Source: an uncultured virus (IMG/VR IMGVR_UViG_3300025133_000035) | Lineage: Duplodnaviria; Heunggongvirae; Uroviricota; Caudoviricetes | IMG/VR virus record: IMGVR_UViG_3300025133_000035 | Length of the DNA stretch: 64,000 nucleotides | Reading direction: 5' to 3' (one strand) | Shown: one piece after another, positions 57,156 through 64,000 of the stretch | How the letters are laid out: each line of letters begins with the position of its first letter | Position numbering within the stretch: the stretch's first letter is position 1 | Made by a program: the position numbers and the translations under genes | The notes under the pieces: generated by a model | What the model saw: the letters and a program-made list of their open reading frames with translations, nothing else | Database searches by the model: none | What the model was told of the DNA's origin: nothing

Positions 57156-58205
57156 ATGAAAAAAACACTTCTAACAATCGGGGCGATGATTGCATTTATA
57201 ACAGGATGCACCGGAGGCATCGATTATGTAGTTCACGCGCCGGGAGGCGGAGAGACCGTATACATATACGAAGATGTGATTGTTGAAGTTGAAGTACCGG
57301 TATATATTGAAGTCGAAGTGCCCGGAGAAACAGAGTACGGAGAGATCTGGGTAGACTCTTTTGATCAACCTCAAAGCGTTGACGGTGTTGATATCCTTTG
57401 GATTATTGATACCTCTGGTTCAATGCATCGATGGGATGCCCAACTGATGGCTGGTATTGAAGCCATGCTTGAAGCGCTGCCTGAGAGCGGCTGGCGGCTG
57501 GCAATGCTAAGCAACGATCCCACCCAAGCCGCTACAGAGGCGCAGTTCCCGTTAGTACCCGGTGATGATATCGATGACGCTATGGACATGTACAATGCTA
57601 TGGGAAGAGGCGGGCGCGAAGAAGGCTTTGATGCTGCATACGAATATGTTGTTAACAACTCTTACGCGGCAACGTGGATGCGACCAGATGCAGCGCTCTT
57701 GGTAGTTATGGTGTCCGACGAAGAAGACCAGAGCGATGCGCACTTTCCGGACATTGCAAACTTTAAATCATGGTATGGTTCGTTGCGCGGCGGCAGTGCT
57801 TTCTTGGCTAGCATTAATAATGTTGAGCAAGCAGACTCTGTGTGTACTAGCCCTCCAAACCCAATTGATATTGGCGACAGATATATGGAAGCAACTAACT
57901 TCTTTGGTGGAGTTGTTGTAGACATTTGTGAAGAAGATTGGTCACCCGGAGTGACTGACGCTTCTGCGCGGCTGGAACCGTATGAGGAATTAGAGCTTAC
58001 ATATGTTGTCAGTGATGAATCTACTATCCGTGTATTTATCAACGGAGCATTGAACTGGGACTGGTGGTACCAGCCCTCTGACAACACTGTATACTTTAAT
58101 GTAATACCCGCGGGCAACGATCACGTAGAGATTGCTTATCATTATGATCCGGATGATCCATACGGCACCGGATCAGGGGCGGACACTGGCGATACCGGCG
58201 CATAG
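57156..58205 (+). CDS. VWA-domain lipoprotein
   Basis: Lipobox FITGC; VDILWIIDTSGSM MIDAS; MRPDAALLVVMVSDEED. Confidence 0.85.
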   Translation: MKKTLLTIGAMIAFITGCTGGIDYVVHAPGGGETVYIYEDVIVEVEVPVYIEVEVPGETEYGEIWVDSFDQPQSVDGVDILWIIDTSGSMHRWDAQLMAGIEAMLEALPESGWRLAMLSNDPTQAATEAQFPLVPGDDIDDAMDMYNAMGRGGREEGFDAAYEYVVNNSYAATWMRPDAALLVVMVSDEEDQSDAHFPDIANFKSWYGSLRGGSAFLASINNVEQADSVCTSPPNPIDIGDRYMEATNFFGGVVVDICEEDWSPGVTDASARLEPYEELELTYVVSDESTIRVFINGALNWDWWYQPSDNTVYFNVIPAGNDHVEIAYHYDPDDPYGTGSGADTGDTGA

Positions 58206-58212
58206 TTAATCT

Positions 58213-58536
58213 ATGAGCTATCACGATAGCGATGATGGCGATTTTATTATAGGTTCGCTGGTGCGCATACAAAGTTGCGTCTCTGATGACAATAATAAAA
58301 AAGTAGGTCTTATTATTAGTGGTGCCGATCCGTGGCGCATGGATTCAATGGCGCAAGCGATCATAGAAAATTGGTTATATCGAGAAACCCTAGATGATGG
58401 TTATCTTTTGGAACCAGCGTATGTTGTTAGAATTGCAGGGAATGATTGGATCTATTCTGAGAGCGAGCTTGAAATTATTAATTCACCGGTGATTCCCATA
58501 AGAAACGCAGTCCATAGCGGCAGTTTTAATGGCTGA
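58213..58536 (+). CDS. KOW/SH3-like protein
   Basis: FIIGSLVRI...GLII...ESELEII; ATAGTTA 4 nt before ATG. Confidence 0.55.
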   Translation: MSYHDSDDGDFIIGSLVRIQSCVSDDNNKKVGLIISGADPWRMDSMAQAIIENWLYRETLDDGYLLEPAYVVRIAGNDWIYSESELEIINSPVIPIRNAVHSGSFNG

Positions 58537-58564
58537 ACAACTACTTCATATAGAGGAATTAACC

Positions 58565-58852
58565 ATGACAAACATAACCGACCTTTCCAGCAGCCTATCC
58601 GGTGCAATGGATTCTTTGCTTTCATCTCTCCGTGGCGCGGCACCCTCGCTGGAGACTGTTATCAGTGATGAAGGCACAGAGTGGTTCTACGAACTTAACA
58701 AGAGGACTATGGTACGAGTTCCTATAGGCACACCAATAAAAGTAATGCCAAAATATCCAGCCGACGAGAGCGGAAGATTAGTCGCTCAGACTGCAAATGG
58801 TGACATCATCCGCATCCCCGAGGGTCGCATTACAAAGATTGGGTTTCACTAG
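58565..58852 (+). CDS. Hypothetical protein
   Basis: SD GAGG. Confidence 0.55.
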   Translation: MTNITDLSSSLSGAMDSLLSSLRGAAPSLETVISDEGTEWFYELNKRTMVRVPIGTPIKVMPKYPADESGRLVAQTANGDIIRIPEGRITKIGFH

Positions 58853-58967
58853 ATTAGCTAAGCTTTGTTACAATATTTTTACATTTGATAGAGAGTTCGC
58901 AAATTTATAGTTTAACTATTTCTTTTATCTAAACTTATAGCTATTTATAGACAGAGGTATATTACCG

Positions 58968-59243
58968 ATGAAAATAAATGAGAAGGCTCTCAAGATTATG
59001 ATTAGAGAATCCTTAGAAAAAATACGCACGCAAAACGCGGTCGACCACGCCGGAAAGACAGTCCGGCGAGATGGCATCTCGTTTGAACAGTGGCTCGATG
59101 AATTAATTTCTGGAGCTATGCATATGGGGCTTCCCATAGAACACGAAGACGATTTGCCAAAGGATGTCAACTATTATGATATGTGGCTTTCCGGCGAGAG
59201 TAGCGACACTGCCTTGGCAGATTTAAGAGACATAGGAGTCTAG
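58968..59243 (+). CDS. Hypothetical protein with N-terminal tag
   Basis: MKINEKALKIMIRESL; CTATTTA at 58941. Confidence 0.65.
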   Translation: MKINEKALKIMIRESLEKIRTQNAVDHAGKTVRRDGISFEQWLDELISGAMHMGLPIEHEDDLPKDVNYYDMWLSGESSDTALADLRDIGV

Positions 59244-59244
59244 A

Positions 59245-59844
59245 ATGAAAAATATTAATTTAAATCAACTGAGGTTGGTTATTAGAGAAACCATGGTAGG
59301 TGAAGCCGAAGAGCAGGCGCCCGCAGGACCGGACGCAAGCGCTTTGCATAGTGCCGGCGGAGGCGAACAAAAGACTGATGTTAGTGTGGTCCTTCAAAAA
59401 ATTGCAAAGATTGATAAGCCCGACGAATATGCGCAAGTACTTGGCGCTCTGATCGATCACGGGAAAACTGCCGTCAAGGGCGGACCTGATGTATTAAAGA
59501 AACTATATCGCAATCTGTCAGCGATGATGAAAGAATCTAAGCTCAACGAGGATGACGTACAAATGGAGCCCGGTGGCAACTGGGGTCAGCCCCTGCCCGG
59601 TGAGTCTCAACACGAACTTGTGCCCGGCAGCGTTGAAGACGTCGCAAACCAAATGTTGGATCTGATGGCTGAAGCTAATCTCTCTCATAACGATGCGGTT
59701 GATGTTTTAAACCACATAGCTATAGAGATGGGATTGAATGAGCCCGAAGAAGAGAAGCGACCAATTGGTTTTAGGGAGAATCTTCGACAAGCCTTAATCA
59801 AGGAAAACTTTAAGCGAGCACTAAAAAATGCAATCAAAAAATAG
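59245..59844 (+). CDS. Hypothetical acidic protein with tags
   Basis: LNQLRLVIRE; LNE; C-terminal LRQALIKE. Confidence 0.65.
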   Translation: MKNINLNQLRLVIRETMVGEAEEQAPAGPDASALHSAGGGEQKTDVSVVLQKIAKIDKPDEYAQVLGALIDHGKTAVKGGPDVLKKLYRNLSAMMKESKLNEDDVQMEPGGNWGQPLPGESQHELVPGSVEDVANQMLDLMAEANLSHNDAVDVLNHIAIEMGLNEPEEEKRPIGFRENLRQALIKENFKRALKNAIKK

Positions 59845-59857
59845 AAAGACAGACAAT

Positions 59858-60649
59858 ATGTTGGATACGATCAAAGACTTGATCCGCGAAGCAATGAGCG
59901 GCTCAGAGAACCTTAATGCAGAAGAACCCGAAACAGAAACACACGGTCAGCCCTTGGAAGGTCAAGAGTTGCTTGATGCCTTAGCTTCTGATATCTCCGA
60001 CATGTATAAGGATATCAATGGGATACGACCGCGTTGGATTAATTTCAGCGAAATGTCGTTGGAAGAGCTTGAGCAGTTACACGATCAAACTACTCGCCAA
60101 CACGAAGACTGGTGGAACCAAGAAAGGGTCGAGCAAGACTTGGATGACTTGGGACAAGAGAACTCAGCCATGGCTCAGCAGATGGTTGACGATGAGTTGG
60201 ACGCGGCAGAAGAAGAAGAGATGCTCACTCCCGAAGAGGGCGAAGAGTTTCCTAAGCGCGCAGGTATGCGCCGGCGCATGAACGAAAGTAGGATGCGCAG
60301 AGACACTGCGAACAAGCTTTACAATCTTTTGATTATGGAGCAAGAGTATGGTATCATAACACCACAAGAGCTTGCACGACTCAAGAGCGCGATTAATAAC
60401 GTTCTAGGAGTTAACGTTGGTAACCTGATGGAAATGTTGGATCATAATGATGCTGGCGCAAAACACAACCGGAAGCTCTTTGACGCAGATGGTGTCATGG
60501 ATTTAATTGACCAAGCATTAAGCAGTGACTCTGCGAGCCGGCTCGGAGTTACCCAAGATAAGATTAATAGAATTCGTAAGGGAGTATATCGAGTCTTACT
60601 TGATGATCCTCAATATGCACACAGCCATGGATACTACCCAAGAAAATGA
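59858..60649 (+). CDS. Hypothetical acidic protein with tag
   Basis: IKDLIREAM; ISDMYKDINGIRPRW core. Confidence 0.65.
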   Translation: MLDTIKDLIREAMSGSENLNAEEPETETHGQPLEGQELLDALASDISDMYKDINGIRPRWINFSEMSLEELEQLHDQTTRQHEDWWNQERVEQDLDDLGQENSAMAQQMVDDELDAAEEEEMLTPEEGEEFPKRAGMRRRMNESRMRRDTANKLYNLLIMEQEYGIITPQELARLKSAINNVLGVNVGNLMEMLDHNDAGAKHNRKLFDADGVMDLIDQALSSDSASRLGVTQDKINRIRKGVYRVLLDDPQYAHSHGYYPRK

Positions 60650-62778
60650 ACACTAAAGATTTGAAAGACCTCATTGCTGAGGTTTTAACCGAGCTTGACT
60701 GGAATGCGGTCGCAATGGATACAGCGGATGCGGAAACTGAATTTGAAAGAGATGCCGACTGGTGGACAAAAAGATCTAAAGATGAGAAAGAGGTTCTCAA
60801 GTTATCCGTGAAACTTGCCGGCATGCCAAATGCCAAAAAGCTTAAATTTGATGACATTCTCAGAATTGCTGCAGCCAAGCTTGGTAAAAATGTTGGCGGC
60901 TGGCCAGATCGCCACAAGGCATGGAAAGGCGATGTTAAGTTCTATCCCAAGGATGCACTTAACTGGGTTTGTACATGGTCGAAGAATGGTTTAGACGGCG
61001 CATTTGGAAATAAGATTATTAAACCATCTGGCGGGTGTCCGGACCACTGGGGCGGCAAGGAAATTACTGGCGGTGGCGCCGGCGGCGAGAAGTGGTCGAA
61101 ATGGCTTAAGCGCTTAAGCCGAGAAGAGCAGAGAGTTCTTACGACTTTGAAGTCTAAGGTACTCAACAGAGAAATCCAAGTGGGATCTGACATTTCTGAT
61201 TCATTACAAGAAGTCGCCGATGAGCTTGGCATTAGTACATCAAAGTTACCTTTCTTAAGAAAGCCAGATGTGATAAAGGCTTATCTAGATGAGAACTTAC
61301 CGCTTAATGAATCCAAGAAGCGAGGATTCGGCGAAGGCGAACCACCACCAGAAGAGATTTATAAAAAGAGAGAAGTTGTGCAAGAGGCAGACTTGGAAGC
61401 AACCGGCGCAGCAGAGGATGCAGGCGAAATGGCGACGGCATTCGGTGACGCTAGTGGAAAGGAATCAAAAGCCCGCGGAGAGCTAGCAGCCAAACAAGCT
61501 GAAGTTGCAAAAATGCAGGGCGCCGTAGCTGATGCTATAAGCAGCGAAAAATCTGCTCATCAGAAGATTGCCAAAGCTAAGGAATTGGAGGGCAAGGCTA
61601 CAGCAAAGGCTGGAGACGTTGCTAAGAGAAGAGAAGAGTTGGCTTCCGCTCATGATAGTTTGGGCAAAGAGATGCAAAAGCTCGCTGACCTCTCCGACAA
61701 GGCAGGTCAGGAATCCCAAGGCGCTTCTGAAGAAGCTGCCAAAGCAGCAGAAGAAAGAGCAGCAGCTACAGAGAAACTACAGGGAGCCATAGAAGACATG
61801 GGGAGCGAAGGTGAGAACCTGAGCAAAGCAGGAGAAGAAACAGCTAGCGCAGCAGAAGAGTTTGGTGGAGAGTTGCCAAACTTGGGAGGCGCCTTAGCCA
61901 CGGATCAAGAGACCGCTCAGGATAGTGCCGAAGAAGAAGCAGAACAGAGAAAAGCAGATCAAGAAGCTCAGACGGCAGATGCAGAAGCAGCGAATGATGA
62001 GAGAAAAGCTAGCGCCGATGCTGTACAGCAACAGGAAGAAGAACCAGAACCAGAAGAAGAGGAAGAAGAGTCCAGTGCCCCTAAAGCAACATTCGAAGGA
62101 ATGCTGAAATCAATGATTCGCAAAGAACATAAAAGACTTGCGGAACGCAAATGGGGAGACAAAAAGGCGCGCCCACAGGCTCCGCCCGAGCAACTGAAAA
62201 AGGCTGGGTTAACGGCTGATGACCTGCGGGACATGGTGTTAAAAACTGTAGCAAGGGGAGAAGAAGATCGAGATATGCAGATGATCAAACTTCTTCAAGA
62301 TATGTTAAAGTCCTTGCATTCGATTGAATATCATTCAACCCCAGCGAAAGGCGCTCAATCAAAGCATGCACAAACTGCAGCGGGCGCGTGGATGGGAGAG
62401 AGTAAGAACCGCGAACAAATACTCAACGCTGCTAGCACAATTTCAAAGATGCGGCGGGCTGGGCTGATGAGCGAGGCAGATGATTATGAGAGTTTCTTCA
62501 GGTGGGCTATGAGTCCGGACTTGACATTGCAAGAGATTAAGAACGAAGCAGATGCCCAGATAGCTGACGTTGAGGCGGTACTTAAACGGCTTAAAGATGC
62601 CACTAGTGGTACCCAAAGCCTTAGAGCCAGATTGAAAGCTGCCATTGAAAAGAAACTAAGTGCTGCACCCGATATCGCGGTTCCGGAGCCGGCAGAGGAT
62701 TCTGCAAGAGCGAGCGCCAAAGCACAATTAGCTCAATTAAAGAAACAAATGGCAGAAGTTCCCGGTCATCACAACTAA
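60646..62778 (+). CDS. 710-aa Ala/Glu-rich coiled-coil protein with tags
   Basis: LKDLIAEVLTE; LNES; LKSMIRKE. Confidence 0.7.
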   Translation: MNTKDLKDLIAEVLTELDWNAVAMDTADAETEFERDADWWTKRSKDEKEVLKLSVKLAGMPNAKKLKFDDILRIAAAKLGKNVGGWPDRHKAWKGDVKFYPKDALNWVCTWSKNGLDGAFGNKIIKPSGGCPDHWGGKEITGGGAGGEKWSKWLKRLSREEQRVLTTLKSKVLNREIQVGSDISDSLQEVADELGISTSKLPFLRKPDVIKAYLDENLPLNESKKRGFGEGEPPPEEIYKKREVVQEADLEATGAAEDAGEMATAFGDASGKESKARGELAAKQAEVAKMQGAVADAISSEKSAHQKIAKAKELEGKATAKAGDVAKRREELASAHDSLGKEMQKLADLSDKAGQESQGASEEAAKAAEERAAATEKLQGAIEDMGSEGENLSKAGEETASAAEEFGGELPNLGGALATDQETAQDSAEEEAEQRKADQEAQTADAEAANDERKASADAVQQQEEEPEPEEEEEESSAPKATFEGMLKSMIRKEHKRLAERKWGDKKARPQAPPEQLKKAGLTADDLRDMVLKTVARGEEDRDMQMIKLLQDMLKSLHSIEYHSTPAKGAQSKHAQTAAGAWMGESKNREQILNAASTISKMRRAGLMSEADDYESFFRWAMSPDLTLQEIKNEADAQIADVEAVLKRLKDATSGTQSLRARLKAAIEKKLSAAPDIAVPEPAEDSARASAKAQLAQLKKQMAEVPGHHN

Positions 62779-62782
62779 ATAC

Positions 62783-62811
62783 TTGACACAGCCCCAATAA
62801 TAGGTTATGAT
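62783..62811 (+). promoter_or_regulatory. sigma70-like promoter
   Basis: TTGACA-N17-TATGAT, ATG 5 nt downstream. Confidence 0.7.
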
Positions 62812-62816
62812 AGTAT

Positions 62817-63284
62817 ATGAAAAGATGGCATACAGGTTCTGGTTATGAGATTTCGATGGAAAGCATTGAACAAGAGCTTGCTGCCCACATATCTAACAAC
62901 GGGAATGTCTTTATAGGGTGTGATAGCTTTGTGAAAGGTGATATATGCATCTTTGCTACGGCTATCTGCCTACATGGTGGCGATCAGCAGCGCGGCGGAA
63001 GGTATTATTGGGTTCGTGAGCGGTATCCTGCAAAGAAGTACCGCAATTTGTCTTATCGTATCTTCTCCGAGGTCTCAAAGGCGGTAGCCATGGCTATGAA
63101 GCTCTCAAACCAGTTCCCAGAGGCGAATATTGAACTTCATATCGATGTATCCTCTAAAGAAACAGCAAAAACCAGCAAATTCGTTGATGCCCTCACTGGG
63201 TTCGCGACAAATGCTGGTTTTGTAAGTAAAATCAAGCCCTATGCGTGGGCTGCTGCGGCAATTGCTGATAAGCACTCAAAATAG
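62817..63284 (+). CDS. RNase H-like YkuK (DUF458) family protein
   Basis: FIGCDS, FATAI, RIFSEV, ELHID, KPYAWAA..IAD. Confidence 0.8.
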   Translation: MKRWHTGSGYEISMESIEQELAAHISNNGNVFIGCDSFVKGDICIFATAICLHGGDQQRGGRYYWVRERYPAKKYRNLSYRIFSEVSKAVAMAMKLSNQFPEANIELHIDVSSKETAKTSKFVDALTGFATNAGFVSKIKPYAWAAAAIADKHSK

Positions 63285-63292
63285 GAGTCAAA

Positions 63293-63745
63293 ATGCGCAT
63301 TGTTTACCTTCACGGGCGGATGTCAAGCCCAAATTCCCAAAAATGCAAGTTTTTACGCGAGAATGGGCATGAGGTCTTCGCTCCAAAGCTAATTTCGCAC
63401 AATTGGGAGCAATCGGTCGTTGCAGCACGCGAAATTATGGAAAAAGTGAAGCCAGACCTCGTTATTGGCTCGTCAAGAGGTGGTGCGGTCGCTATGGCGA
63501 CGAATACGACCGTTCCAATGGTTTTAATCTGCCCGGCTTGGGGAAAATACGCGCCATGGAGCGTTTGTCGCGGAAATTCAACGATTTTGCATGCAAAGGA
63601 AGACAGAATTGTTAAATTTGCCGATTCCAAGCTTTTATCCGAAGCTTCGGGCGCAGAATTGGTCGAAGTTGGAAAAGATCATCGAATGAACGACGAAAAT
63701 GCGATGAAAACGCTTCTAGAAGTTATTAAACGCTACACTATTTAA
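63293..63745 (+). CDS. Alpha/beta hydrolase (YqiA/UPF0227-like)
   Basis: YLHG, GSSRGG nucleophile elbow, D and H. Confidence 0.85.
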   Translation: MRIVYLHGRMSSPNSQKCKFLRENGHEVFAPKLISHNWEQSVVAAREIMEKVKPDLVIGSSRGGAVAMATNTTVPMVLICPAWGKYAPWSVCRGNSTILHAKEDRIVKFADSKLLSEASGAELVEVGKDHRMNDENAMKTLLEVIKRYTI

Positions 63746-63751
63746 TATAGC

Positions 63752-64000
63752 ATGGCTTTGAACAAAGAAAAACCAGTTTTCGGCGCTAGACATGCCAAAA
63801 AGCTAAATATTGGCGATTTGGTGTATTGGGTCGAGTGGGTTTGGGAACCGGACGCCCCAAAAGGTCCAAACGGCGGTGATCCGCTTTGTTCACGACAATC
63901 GAAGCGTTTTGGGGTTATTAGCGAACTATATGTTGAAGATCGCGATATTCGGAAGGTTGCCATGGCGAAGGTTGTGCCAATGAACTCAAAAGATGATAAA
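63752..64000 (+). CDS. KOW/SH3-like protein, truncated at the window end
   Basis: MALNKE...LNIGDLVYW...FGVI; CTATTTA at 63738. Confidence 0.6.
   Translation, partial: MALNKEKPVFGARHAKKLNIGDLVYWVEWVWEPDAPKGPNGGDPLCSRQSKRFGVISELYVEDRDIRKVAMAKVVPMNSKDDK

Noticed and set aside
1..64000. tRNA/rRNA genes, inteins, introns, stop-codon reassignment
   Set aside because: No cloverleaf or rRNA-like sequence seen in intergenic gaps; core genes are of ordinary length and uninterrupted under the standard code; tRNAscan-SE/Infernal would be needed to exclude RNAs fully

Overview
The window is part of a large (jumbo-type) dsDNA phage genome. It is densely coding and every credible gene lies on the + strand. 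About 1-31 kb carries replication, nucleotide and proteostasis genes: a divergent tubulin/FtsZ homologue, gp32-like SSB, RecA/UvsX, 5'-3' exonuclease, DnaB-like helicase, class II RNR, DnaE, dUTPase, IMPDH/GMPR, GroEL and GroES, two ClpP, an amidase, DNA adenine methyltransferases, a secreted cytochrome c and a eukaryote-type phosphomannomutase. About 37-54 kb is an accessory region of small genes. Three promoter grammars can be read from the DNA: sigma70-like TTGACA/TATAAT; ten copies of an ECF-like TGAATAAA-N13/14-CGTCTAA element, several inside ~82-bp repeats; and a CTAnTTA element that often sits exactly 4 nt before a start codon. The most striking features are (1) a chain of small 'MKVGDLV' KOW/SH3-like genes joined by a recurring 14-nt stop/start overlap, (2) unrelated proteins, including two PD-(D/E)xK nuclease candidates, that share T4-CTS-like terminal tags and the CTAnTTA element, suggesting virion-packaged cargo, and (3) a repeat- and palindrome-rich, poorly coding locus near 53.8-54.6 kb (origin or terminus candidate). 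No tRNA, rRNA, CRISPR array or transposase was recognised. All functional calls are by-eye motif recognition; no searches were run.
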